64,000 nucleotides of DNA, from positions 398 to 64,397 of the forward strand of contig JAQUAF010000022.1 of assembly GCA_028687435.1 (NCBI GenBank), in the 5' to 3' direction. The notes under the pieces are model-generated. The model was not told where the DNA came from, searched no databases, and saw nothing but the letters and a program-made list of their open reading frames with translations. Source of the stretch: Verrucomicrobiia bacterium (GTDB taxonomy: Bacteria; Verrucomicrobiota; Verrucomicrobiia; JABWAM01). Position numbers and translations under genes: made by a program. Positions 9,769 to 18,740 of this stretch are shown here, one piece after another. Every line of letters begins with the position of its first letter. Within the stretch, counting starts at the first letter, position 1.

Positions 9769-10715
9769 TCGCCTTCGACTGAGTGGGCGGGGGAGAACAT
9801 GTAGCCGCCGAGGCTTCCGGCTTTCAGGAGGGCGCGGGTGGCTTGGCGGACATCCTCGGGGCTGCCATAGGGGAGGGTTTGCTGGGTGGAGAGGCCGCCG
9901 TGGAAGGCGAGGCGGCCGCGGTATTTTTCCATGAGGCCAAAGACGTCCATGACTTCGGGTTGAAAGGGGTTGAAGCAATTGAGTCCGATGTCCACAAGAT
10001 CGTCGAAGATCTCGTCCACGTCGCCGCAGGAATGGATGGTGACGTATTTGCCGGCGTCGCGCACGACGCCATACATGCGCTTGAGAACGGGGAGGATGAA
10101 TTCGCGCCAGCGTCTGGGACCCATGATCAGGCCGTGTTGCTGTCCCCAGTCGTCGCCGAAGTGAACGGCGTCGATGTCGTACTTGAGGGCTTCCTTGATT
10201 TTGGCGATGTTGTGGTCGCCGATGGTGTTGAGCAATTCGTGGACAAAGGCGGGGTTTTCGTGAAAGTCCATCATGAGGTTTTCCATGCCGCGCAGCGTCC
10301 ATGCGCGTTCGTAGAGGGAGAACCCGATATTGAAGACGCGGAACAAATCGCCGCGGCGGCGGATTTGATCGGGGATATCCTGGAAAAACTGTCGGTCCAC
10401 CGGATCGGGCCATTGATACCCCTTGAGGGTTGGTTCGGGCAGGACGCAGCCTTTTATGATTCCAATATCCCGATCCATGCTGCGGTCCCAGACCACTCCA
10501 AAGACATCCCTGACGCGGTGGTTGCCGATGTCGACGAAGAAATGGGGGGCGCCGCCCAGATTGAGCAGGTGATTTTGGAATGGTTGTTCCAAATCCCGTT
10601 TGCCGTAGTGTTGACGGAGTTTTTCGAGGGCTTCGTGGGTGAAGCCGAATGACCAGGGAACATAGGGCGGTTCCCTGCCTTCGAGCGCCAATCGAACAAC
10701 TTCGCGTTTTGTCAT
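9693..10715 (-). CDS. uroporphyrinogen decarboxylase (URO-D) family protein, MtaA/CmuA-like
   Basis: 340 aa. Overall URO-D-family pattern: PPYVPWSFGFT, HSCGDVDEIFDDLVDIGLNCFNPFQPEVMD, GGYMFSPAHSVEGDVPLENMLAF. Confidence 0.8.
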   Translation of the reverse strand: MTKREVVRLALEGREPPYVPWSFGFTHEALEKLRQHYGKRDLEQPFQNHLLNLGGAPHFFVDIGNHRVRDVFGVVWDRSMDRDIGIIKGCVLPEPTLKGYQWPDPVDRQFFQDIPDQIRRRGDLFRVFNIGFSLYERAWTLRGMENLMMDFHENPAFVHELLNTIGDHNIAKIKEALKYDIDAVHFGDDWGQQHGLIMGPRRWREFILPVLKRMYGVVRDAGKYVTIHSCGDVDEIFDDLVDIGLNCFNPFQPEVMDVFGLMEKYRGRLAFHGGLSTQQTLPYGSPEDVRQATRALLKAGSLGGYMFSPAHSVEGDVPLENMLAFIHELHSQPAFQNSKS

Positions 10716-11114
10716 ATTCCCATTGTATTTGGGAATGGGGGGATGGGAATGGATGAAACGGTCAAAGATATGGACTTTTCATCAATTTTCAGGATAAAAT
10801 ATCCATGTATCATCATCAATGATGATGAGCAATGGATGATGGAGGATTGATCATGGAGAATGAGGGGGGCGGCATGGTTAACCCGGATATTTCATCAAAT
10901 TTACAATTTGTGAAATATCCGTCAGCGTTTTTCCGCCTGACGGAACAACGCTGACTTCGACGAGGTGTCGAAGACACCTTGCTCACCCCTCGGCTCTGCT
11001 CGGAATGAGCCCTGAGCTTGCCGAAGGGGCTCAGGATTAACCCTGAGCGGAAGTCCCGCTTGTCGGGACTGGAGTCGAAGTCCGTAGGACGCATCGTTCA
11101 TCTTTTGATGAAAC

Positions 11115-11957
11115 ATGCGGGTTAAGACTATGAATGAAGACATGGAATTTGTTTTGAGGCCGGAGGCACAGGCGATTTTTGATCATTTCTGCGCGTTGCT
11201 GGGGATCCGGATCGCTTTTTACACGCCTGAGGGGAAGGAGTTGTGGGTGGGACAGAGGAAGCCCGGGTGCCGGTATTGCCGGTTGTTGCGCGGCAAACTG
11301 GGGTGGGGGAGGCGGTGTCTGGCGTTGGATGCGGCGCAACGGACCGAGGCGGTCAAGCGGCGGACTTTGGTGGAGTACGTTTGTCATGGGGGGCTTCATG
11401 AGGCGATTCTGCCGGTTTATTCGGTGGGGCGGCTGATCGGTTTCATCATGATCGGGCAGTTTCGTTCCGTGGGAAGCGCTCCCGGGGGGGTGATGAGAGA
11501 GTGGGCGGGACGATATCCCGGAGGGGAATTAAGAAAGGCGTTTCGTGAGGTGGCATGTGTGGCGCCGGGGAAGGTGAGGGATGTGATGGGATTGTTTGAG
11601 GTATTGGTTCAATTCATCAGTTCGCAGCGGTTGATTCATCTGAAGGACGCGGTGGGACCGGTTTTGGCGCGGATGCGGGAGAAGCCGGAGGAGCGGCTGA
11701 CGTTGGGACAGGCTGCGGCGATGGTGAAGCGCAGTCCGTCAGCGTTTTCGCATTTGTTTCGCAGGGCGACGGGCAGGAGTTTCAAACGGACCCAGGTCGA
11801 GGCGAGGCTGGAGAGGGCGGATGAGTATTTTCGCGCCAATCCGGGGATGACGGTGCGCGAGGTGGCGTTCAAGCTGGGTTTTGATGATCCGCTTTATTTT
11901 TCGAGATTATATCGGAAACATCGGGGGCGGCCGCCGAGCAGATTGATTTTGGATTGA
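11115..11957 (+). CDS. AraC-family transcriptional regulator with N-terminal PocR sensory domain
   Basis: PocR-like Cys pattern: GCRYCRLL...RRCLALD...YVCHGGLHEAILPV. C-terminal AraC HTH: VAFKLGFDDPLYFSRLYRKHRGRPPS. Confidence 0.8.
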   Translation: MRVKTMNEDMEFVLRPEAQAIFDHFCALLGIRIAFYTPEGKELWVGQRKPGCRYCRLLRGKLGWGRRCLALDAAQRTEAVKRRTLVEYVCHGGLHEAILPVYSVGRLIGFIMIGQFRSVGSAPGGVMREWAGRYPGGELRKAFREVACVAPGKVRDVMGLFEVLVQFISSQRLIHLKDAVGPVLARMREKPEERLTLGQAAAMVKRSPSAFSHLFRRATGRSFKRTQVEARLERADEYFRANPGMTVREVAFKLGFDDPLYFSRLYRKHRGRPPSRLILD

Positions 11958-12176
11958 TGATTTTTGATTGGGGATTGGAGGCGGGTGATCGAGTTCTGAA
12001 ACGGTGTTTTGGACATCGATGAACAGGATGGATGGGATGGGGTGTTTTGTGGAATGGCCGCCAAAAGGCGCAGAATCGAAATTGAACAGGGGGATGGAGT
12101 TCAAGATTTGGAGTTTTGGAAGGCGGGTTGGGAGTGGAGTTTGTGGATGAAGGCGAGCATATTTTCGAGGGGGACG
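11958..12176. repeat. copy B of the ~205-220 bp dispersed repeat
   Basis: Aligns by eye to 9564-9768. Starts right after the AraC stop and ends where similarity to the URO-D CDS breaks off. Confidence 0.85.
12101..12175 (-). pseudogene. 3' remnant (24 codons + stop) of a URO-D-family gene
   Basis: Minus-strand translation VPLENMLAFIHKLHSQPAFQNSKS*, versus the intact gene's C-terminus VPLENMLAFIHELHSQPAFQNSKS*. No upstream CDS remains. Confidence 0.7.
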
Positions 12177-12215
12177 CCGCGCAGGAGTGGATGGGGACAA
12201 ACAGCCGCCGGGCAG

Positions 12216-12889
12216 ACGGAAAAAACTTGACTGGTTTTCATCCAGCAGGCAGCCTGATTTGGATATTACGATAAAAAAAAGGAGTAATACCAATCATGCT
12301 TTTATTGTTTCAAAAAGGCGGTCCCATCATGTGGCCGTTGTTGCTGACCTCCCTGGTGGCGGTGACAGTGGTTTTGGAGCGTTGGATGTTCATCTGGCGC
12401 TTGAAAAGGGAACGGCAGCCGGAGGTGGTGGAGACCATTCTGGAACAGGTCGAGCGCGGGGCCATGGACGAGGCGGCGCGGGCGGGAAAGAATAGCCGCG
12501 ACTTTGTGGCGCGCACCCTGGTTTATGGGTTGTCCCACCGGCAGAAATCCCTTTCCCATGCCATTCTTCACGCGGCGGAGCAGGAATTGCGGCAATTCAG
12601 CCGGGGGCTGCCGGTGCTTGACACCATCATCACCCTGGCGCCCCTGCTGGGATTGCTGGGAACGGTGACCGGCATGATCCGTTCCTTTGGGCTGCTGGGG
12701 GCCGAACAATTGAGCGCGCCGGTGGCGATCACCGGAGGCATTGCCGAGGCGCTGATCGCCACGGCGTTTGGCCTGGGAATCGCGATCGTGGCGTTGATCC
12801 CCTTTAACCACTTGAACGCGCTTCTCGAACAGGCGCGGCACGAGATGCAGGACGCCGCCACGCATCTCGAGTTGCTTTGTGTCGAGCGT
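12216..12889 (+). repeat. copy 1 of a ~670 bp duplication (exbB promoter region + most of exbB)
   Basis: Aligns to 63189-63860. The 3' ~200 nt are almost identical. Confidence 0.85.
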
Positions 12890-12958
12890 GTCTCCATCGA
12901 GCCGTTGTCCCGCATGGAGCCTCAGCGTCAAACCAAGGTATCCGGCCAAACCCATTGA
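12296..12958 (+). CDS. exbB: MotA/TolQ/ExbB proton-channel protein
   Basis: GGPIMWPLLLTSLVAVTVVLER, LAPLLGLLGTVTGMIRSF, GGIAEALIATAFGLGIAIVALIPFN. AAGGAG RBS upstream. Followed by exbD and tonB. Confidence 0.85.
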   Translation: MLLLFQKGGPIMWPLLLTSLVAVTVVLERWMFIWRLKRERQPEVVETILEQVERGAMDEAARAGKNSRDFVARTLVYGLSHRQKSLSHAILHAAEQELRQFSRGLPVLDTIITLAPLLGLLGTVTGMIRSFGLLGAEQLSAPVAITGGIAEALIATAFGLGIAIVALIPFNHLNALLEQARHEMQDAATHLELLCVERVSIEPLSRMEPQRQTKVSGQTH

Positions 12959-12959
12959 A

Positions 12960-13039
12960 CATCGATGAACAGGATGAATGGGATGTTTTTAATTCTGAAG
13001 AGGCGGCTCCTTAATCCTGGCCATCCTGTCTATCGATGT
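12960..13039. repeat. long imperfect inverted repeat (18-nt arms) between exbB and exbD
   Basis: ACATCGATGAACAGGATG (12960-12977) pairs with CATCCTGTCTATCGATGT (13022-13039), 16 of 18 positions complementary. The left arm recurs at 9614 and 12013. Confidence 0.6.
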
Positions 13040-13125
13040 GAATTTCACTCATCACCCAATCCTTGCTTCATGCTTTTTTCAGTCAGGTTGCCGCGAATAT
13101 GCAATGGGGGGAATGCGATTTAGCC

Positions 13126-13539
13126 ATGCATATTCCATCTCCCATTGCCCGGCGCAAAGCCCGCATCGAGATCATTCCCTTGATCGACATCATGTTTTTT
13201 CTTCTGGCCACTTTTTTGATGGTTTCCCTTTCCATGGTACAGAATTCCGGCATTTCGGTCCGTCTGCCCGAGGCCAGGACCGGGCGCGCGCAGGAGCCGG
13301 ATGAGACGGCTTGTCTGAGCATTGCACGCGACGGGACGGTTTTTTTCAACCAGGAGCCGCTTGTCTTGGAAGCCGTTCCGGAGCGGTTGCGCGCATTCAA
13401 GGCTGCCCATGCCGGTGGACGGATTGTTTTGAACAATGACCGCGAAGCCTCGTGGGGCAGGGCGGTTGCCATTCTTGACCGCGCGCGCGAGTGCGGCATT
13501 ACGCGCATTGTCATTCAAACCTGCCCGGAAAAACCATGA
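13126..13539 (+). CDS. exbD: ExbD/TolR biopolymer transport protein
   Basis: RRKARIEIIPLIDIMFFLLATFLMV single TM followed by a periplasmic domain. ATG 13126 preferred over the ORF-opening codon at 13063. Confidence 0.8.
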   Translation: MHIPSPIARRKARIEIIPLIDIMFFLLATFLMVSLSMVQNSGISVRLPEARTGRAQEPDETACLSIARDGTVFFNQEPLVLEAVPERLRAFKAAHAGGRIVLNNDREASWGRAVAILDRARECGITRIVIQTCPEKP

Positions 13540-14306
13540 AGGCGGGTTGTGTGTCAGGCATAAAGGGCATGCGCGCGGCTGGAAGATTTTTTCAAAAACG
13601 ATCATGGGGGATCAGTTTCGGTTTCGCATGCGCGCTGCATGCGGTGTTGTTTTTTGGCATGAACCGCGCCTTGTCGCAGGCGGCCCAGTATGGCGTCCAA
13701 TCGGGCGGCAATAACCTGGAGGTTGAATTGGCCGCGGCGCCGGCTGCCGCCAATCAGCCGGAAGCCGGGGAATCGATTCCGGCAATGGACAAGAGATCCC
13801 CTCCCAAACCGATCGAAGCCGAAAAAGAGGCGGTCTTGTCAGCGGCGGATGATCATCCTGTCGAGGAGGCGGCTGGGGGTGAAGCCCGGAAGCGATCGGA
13901 TGTTTGTTCGAGACCAAACCCGCCTGCCGCCCGTCAGACGGCGATCTCATCGAAAACGGATGTCACGGGTGACGGCAGTTCGCCTGTTCCGGGGCGCGAC
14001 GCCACCACGTTGCGCTCATCCGGCGGCGCGCAGACCCTGGCCCGGCCCGATTATCTGCGAAATCCCGCTCCACGCTATCCGGAAGCCGCCCGTCAGAGAA
14101 GACAGGAGGGGGTGGTGCGGCTGCATGTGGATGTGGACGAAAGGGGACATGCGGCGGATGTCCGACTTTTTTCCAGCTCCGGTTTTCCCCTGCTGGACGA
14201 ATCGGCGTTGCGAACTGTCCGGGACTGGAAATTTCAACCCGCGCGAATCGGCGCCATGGCCATCGCCTCCCAAGTGGAAATTCCCATCCGCTTCCAACTC
14301 AGGTAG
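13536..14306 (+). CDS. tonB: energy transducer TonB
   Basis: ATGA overlap with the exbD stop. TM helix, Pro/Ala-rich spacer, and C-terminal domain YPEAARQRRQEGVVRLHVDVDERG...LDESALRTVRDWKFQPA. Confidence 0.8.
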   Translation: MKAGCVSGIKGMRAAGRFFQKRSWGISFGFACALHAVLFFGMNRALSQAAQYGVQSGGNNLEVELAAAPAAANQPEAGESIPAMDKRSPPKPIEAEKEAVLSAADDHPVEEAAGGEARKRSDVCSRPNPPAARQTAISSKTDVTGDGSSPVPGRDATTLRSSGGAQTLARPDYLRNPAPRYPEAARQRRQEGVVRLHVDVDERGHAADVRLFSSSGFPLLDESALRTVRDWKFQPARIGAMAIASQVEIPIRFQLR

Positions 14307-14424
14307 GGAAGGATCCGCGCAATAATGCAATTGAGTGTTGAACAAAAACTTTTTAGCCACGGACATCCCACAGACCCTGGCGCCTCTTGCCCTCATTCCC
14401 ACGGCGATCTTCCCCCCAATTCGG

Positions 14425-15312
14425 TCATGGAAAACGTGGAAGCCTTCTTTGCCGGGGTTGACAAGGGGCGGCCGGCAAATTCCATTCCCCGCCGGTGGTG
14501 AGAGAAACGATTTCGAACGGAAAATTTCGCCTGAAGAAATGAACCGCCGCCTCGCCGGAGCAGTGGCAGGGAACCAGGACTTGGATGCCGCGCCGAAGCA
14601 GGGCCCGTCCTGTTTTCCATAGACGCCCGGGCGAGGCATTTCCCCAATGAAAACCGCCGACCAAGGCGAACACCCGGGAAACGCGAAGCTGCCGGCACAC
14701 CTGCTCAACGGCATTGACCACTCCCGCGTGGGCGCAACCGAAGACCAACACCAATCCCCGCGGAGTGTCGATCCACAGGGCCTGATCATCCCATAGCGGA
14801 TCGGGATGGCGGCAGGCGGAATCAAGAAAAAAACGGCCTCCCGTATCCTCAAATGAAGTCCGGCGTTGAATCTTTCCTGTCAGACCCGCCCCTGGAAAAA
14901 GGGCGCGTGGGCCATCGACCCAACGGATCCATTTTTTGCGCCGGTCCAAGACAGCCCTTGACGGGAGGGGCATGCCGATTTCCCTGACCTCCCCCGAATG
15001 CCTGTGACTGTAGCGGGGAAGCAGGCAATCGGGATGGGCGAAAATGGGAACATCGGGCAGGCGGGATTCCAACGCGGCCAGTCCGCCCGTGTGATCGTAA
15101 TGGCCGTGACTCAGGATCAGCGCATGGGTTTTCTGAATCGGCGCTCCCAGTGTTTTGGAATTGCGGCGGACGGCAACGCCGCTTGCGCCCGTGTCGAACA
15201 GCAGGTGTTTGCGGCCGATTTGGATCCAGAGCGAAAGACCGTGTTCGGCGGCCAGATTCCGGCGCGCCGACCGGTTTTCAACCAATACGGTGATTTTGAT
15301 CCGGGTGTTCAT
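14425..15312 (-). CDS. MBL-fold metallo-hydrolase (COG1237-like)
   Basis: LILSHGHYDHTGGL (HxHxDH). VFGCAHAGVVN. Start taken at MNTRIKITVLVEN (ATG 15312). Confidence 0.75.
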   Translation of the reverse strand: MNTRIKITVLVENRSARRNLAAEHGLSLWIQIGRKHLLFDTGASGVAVRRNSKTLGAPIQKTHALILSHGHYDHTGGLAALESRLPDVPIFAHPDCLLPRYSHRHSGEVREIGMPLPSRAVLDRRKKWIRWVDGPRALFPGAGLTGKIQRRTSFEDTGGRFFLDSACRHPDPLWDDQALWIDTPRGLVLVFGCAHAGVVNAVEQVCRQLRVSRVFALVGGFHWGNASPGRLWKTGRALLRRGIQVLVPCHCSGEAAVHFFRRNFPFEIVSLTTGGEWNLPAAPCQPRQRRLPRFP

Positions 15313-15406
15313 GAGAATCGATTTTTTTAGCCGCAAAAGGCGCAAAACGACTCAGGATGAACTTGTTCCCAAGCCGCGGGTTGATTCTTTGGGCTTGCGC
15401 GGCCTC

Positions 15407-16996
15407 TTAATGGTCGCAGGCATTGTCGCCGGTTTCAAGCGTTCCCTTCAAATGGGCAAGAACCAGAGCCTCGGCGGATTCTGCCGGGGCGCCCACCTTG
15501 ACATCAATGCCTTTTTCGCGGAACAGCGCCTGCGCCCGCTGGCCCATGCCGCCGGCAATCACCAGTCGAACGCCTTTTTCCGCCAGCCACTTGGGCAACA
15601 GGCCCGGCTCGTGTTCCGGCGCGGGGATTTCCTTTTGGCGGACAATGGTTTTTGTTTTCGGGTCCGTTTCGATAATGGCAAAATGTTCGCAATGGCCGAA
15701 ATGAGGGCACAGCTTGCCGTTTTCCGTGGGAATGGCGATGCGCATGATGTTTTCCTTTTCTTTTGGGGTTGTTGTTTCAGGGGATGGCGCCGGTTTGGCG
15801 TTATCAAGATTGAGGATTGCCGCAGCGGCCTGCGTAAAGGCTTGGGCGGCCGGTGTTCCGGCCAGACGGCGGACAAAAGGCGTTCCTTCGTCGCCGGAAA
15901 TTCCCACCGAGGAGTCGAGCGGGATTCTTCCTAGGAAGGGCACTCCCATTTCCCGGGCCATGGCTTCGCCGCCGCCGGTGTTGAACACATTGGTCACTTC
16001 CCCGCATTTTGGGCAAACGAAGCCGCTCATATTTTCGATCACTCCAAGGACGGGCAAATGCAATTGGCGGCAAAAAACAATGGATTTGCGCACGGCCTCC
16101 ACGGCCACGCTTTGCGGGGTGGAAACAATGACCGCCCCGTCCGCGTCGCCGATAAACTGGCAGACCGAGAGCGGCTCATCGCCGGTGCCGGGGGGCGCGT
16201 CCACAATCAAAAAATCGAGGTCCCCCCATTCGACGTCCCCGAGAAACTGGCGGATGGCCGACGTTTTCATCGGCCCCCGCCAGATGACGGGATCGTCCCT
16301 TTCGCGAAGCAGAAAACCGATGGACATGATCCTGATGCCATCCACCTCGGCAGGCATCAAGTTTTCCCCCTTGGACACGATCTCCACATTGCGCGCGGTG
16401 ATCATGCGGGGAACGCTCGGGCCATGGATGTCGGTGTCCAGGAGTCCGGTTTGTTTTCCGGCCATGGCCAGTGACACGGCCAGATTGACCGCCGTGGTGC
16501 TTTTGCCCACACCGCCCTTGCCTGAAAGAACGATGATCTTGTGACGGATGCGTTTCATTCGTTCCCGGATGGTTTTGAGTCCCTCATCGATCCCGGGCTT
16601 TTGGATCGGAGCGTTTTTTTGGGGGGATGCGCAGCCGCCGTTCCTTCCGGCGGGCAGATGTTTTTGATGGTTGTCGATCGCGGCTTTGAGCGTATTGGCT
16701 GCCAGGAGGGCGCAATGACGCGATTCGTCGGGGATGCCTTTGAGGGTGTTCAGGACATCCAATTGCGAAATGGAGCAGGCGTCATCCAGCCTCTTTCCTT
16801 CGGCCAGCCGGGCTGCGGCGCTTCCGCACAAAATGGAATGGATGCAACCGTCGGTGGTGTAGGAACATTGCGTAATGATTTCATCATCGAGCCTGATCCA
16901 AAATTCCATGGTATCGCCGCATGGACCGGTGATCCGGGCATTTCCGCTCGGAGATCGCAAAGGGCCGAAATTTGAGGGCAGGGTTCGGGCTGTCAT
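15407..16996 (-). CDS. three-domain Fe-S biogenesis-type fusion: IscU/NifU-N-like + Mrp/NBP35 P-loop ATPase + NifX/NifB-like domain
   Basis: GPCGDTMEFWI...DGCIHSILCGSAA. VLSGKGGVGKSTTAVNLA with CPKCGE. C-terminal MRIAIPTENGKLCPHFGHCEHFAIIE...LVIAGGMGQRA. ATG 16996 gives an ATGA overlap with the upstream stop. Confidence 0.85.
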   Translation of the reverse strand: MTARTLPSNFGPLRSPSGNARITGPCGDTMEFWIRLDDEIITQCSYTTDGCIHSILCGSAAARLAEGKRLDDACSISQLDVLNTLKGIPDESRHCALLAANTLKAAIDNHQKHLPAGRNGGCASPQKNAPIQKPGIDEGLKTIRERMKRIRHKIIVLSGKGGVGKSTTAVNLAVSLAMAGKQTGLLDTDIHGPSVPRMITARNVEIVSKGENLMPAEVDGIRIMSIGFLLRERDDPVIWRGPMKTSAIRQFLGDVEWGDLDFLIVDAPPGTGDEPLSVCQFIGDADGAVIVSTPQSVAVEAVRKSIVFCRQLHLPVLGVIENMSGFVCPKCGEVTNVFNTGGGEAMAREMGVPFLGRIPLDSSVGISGDEGTPFVRRLAGTPAAQAFTQAAAAILNLDNAKPAPSPETTTPKEKENIMRIAIPTENGKLCPHFGHCEHFAIIETDPKTKTIVRQKEIPAPEHEPGLLPKWLAEKGVRLVIAGGMGQRAQALFREKGIDVKVGAPAESAEALVLAHLKGTLETGDNACDH

Positions 16997-17886
16997 GGTT
17001 TGATCGTTTGGCATAAGTTTTTCCAGATTTGTTCAATGCTTTCCGATGCGGGACCCGGACTGAATTCCATTGCGGTCTGCCCATTCACCTGGGCGCGGGT
17101 CACCATAGGATCGCAGGGTATCCGGGCGCTGAAACGGACGGACGAAGAGGCCTGGCGCTCTATTTTTTCCGTCATGGCGGGATTGATATCCCATTTGTTG
17201 ATGGCAACGGCCATGGGAATTTCAAAGCGCCGGACCAATTCCATGACGCGTTTCAAGTCGTGTTCGCCGGAAAGGGTGGGTTCCGTGACGATGAGAACCA
17301 TGTCGGAGCGGGCGATGGAGGCGATGACCGGGCAGCCAATGCCGGGAGGGCCGTCAATGATGATCAGGCGGCGGTTTTGGGCCAGCGCCACGTTTCGCGC
17401 CATCTCCCGAACCACGCTGACCAGTTTTCCGGAATTTTCAGCCGCCGCGCCGAGCCGGGCATGAACCATCGGGCCAAAACGCGTGTTGGACACAAACCAT
17501 TCTCCGCAAATCCGTTCGACAAGATCCATGGCGCGAACCGGGCAATGATCCACGCAAACTCCGCATCCCTCGCAGGCGGATGGATCGACTTGAAAAGACG
17601 CCTCACCCGCCGTCGCGCCATTCATTCGGATGGCCTCAAAGCGGCAATGGGCCAGGCATCCCCCGCATCGAACGCAATCCTTCTCCTGGATCACAGCCTG
17701 CCATCCGGACCGGAACTCGTGCCGTTCGAGAATCACCGGTTTCAGGAGCAGATGCAGATCGGATGCGTCCACATCGCCATCCACCATGACCGCGCCGCCG
17801 AGCATGCCGGACAACATGGCAAATGAGGCGGCCAGGCTGGTCTTGCCCGTGCCGCCTTTGCCACTGATGACGGTCAACTCTTTCAT
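16993..17886 (-). CDS. MinD/ParA-family P-loop ATPase with inserted 2x[4Fe-4S] ferredoxin domain
   Basis: VISGKGGTGKTSLAASF. CVRCGGCLAHC and CEGCGVCVDHCP. Confidence 0.8.
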   Translation of the reverse strand: MKELTVISGKGGTGKTSLAASFAMLSGMLGGAVMVDGDVDASDLHLLLKPVILERHEFRSGWQAVIQEKDCVRCGGCLAHCRFEAIRMNGATAGEASFQVDPSACEGCGVCVDHCPVRAMDLVERICGEWFVSNTRFGPMVHARLGAAAENSGKLVSVVREMARNVALAQNRRLIIIDGPPGIGCPVIASIARSDMVLIVTEPTLSGEHDLKRVMELVRRFEIPMAVAINKWDINPAMTEKIERQASSSVRFSARIPCDPMVTRAQVNGQTAMEFSPGPASESIEQIWKNLCQTIKP

Positions 17887-18740
17887 GCCGCGCCATCCTT
17901 TGAAAATGAGGAATCCTCAAGGATACGGCGTCCCAATTCTGAAAATTTTTCCCTTAATTCCGGGACAGCCTCGATGGCCGGTTGTCCGTTGGAATAAGCC
18001 TCCGCCACCCGGCGGTTGTCCGGGATTTCCATGAGAATCGGAATGTTTTCCTTTTGGCAATAATCGCAAACCCGGCTGTCTCCCGCATCCGCCCGGTTGA
18101 TGACCGCGCCAAAAGGGAGTTTCAGATGACGGACCGTTTCCACAGCCAGCTTGAAGTCGTGCAGCCCAAAAGGAGTGGGTTCCGTCACCAAAACCACCCG
18201 GTCCACTCCGCGAAGCGCCGCCACCACCGGGCAGGCTGTGCCAGGCGCGCAGTCAATGATGGTTGTTCCGTCAAAGGCAGTTCCTTGTTTGACGGCCCGG
18301 ACGAGAGGGGATGAAAAGGCCTGTCCAATCCTCAATCGGCCCTGCGTGAAAGTGAAATGTCCTTTTATTCCCGTTTCCACATCGCCGATGGAACGGGGAA
18401 CCTCCTCCATTGCGTTGTTGGGACATGATTTGACGCATCCGCCGCATCCATGGCAAAGCTCCTCATAGACGAGCACGCCGGTTGCCAGGCAGGCGATGGC
18501 GTGAAAACGGCAGGCCCGGCTGCATTGTCCGCAATTTACGCATTTTTCGCGATTCACAACTGGCACGGGCAAGGATGCGGTTTTCTTTTTTGGGGTCGGG
18601 ATTTTCAGGAAAAGGTGGCAATTGGGTTCCTCGACATCGCAGTCCAACAGTTGCACCGGCCCGTTGATTGAAAGCGCCAGGTTGACCGCCACCGTGGTTT
18701 TGCCGGTGCCTCCTTTGCCGGAGGCGATGGCGCAAATCAT
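17883..18740 (-). CDS. MinD/ParA-family P-loop ATPase with inserted 2x[4Fe-4S] ferredoxin domain (paralogue)
   Basis: IASGKGGTGKTTVAVNLA. CVNCGQCSRAC and CHGCGGCVKSCP. 4-nt overlaps on both sides. Confidence 0.8.
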   Translation of the reverse strand: MICAIASGKGGTGKTTVAVNLALSINGPVQLLDCDVEEPNCHLFLKIPTPKKKTASLPVPVVNREKCVNCGQCSRACRFHAIACLATGVLVYEELCHGCGGCVKSCPNNAMEEVPRSIGDVETGIKGHFTFTQGRLRIGQAFSSPLVRAVKQGTAFDGTTIIDCAPGTACPVVAALRGVDRVVLVTEPTPFGLHDFKLAVETVRHLKLPFGAVINRADAGDSRVCDYCQKENIPILMEIPDNRRVAEAYSNGQPAIEAVPELREKFSELGRRILEDSSFSKDGAA

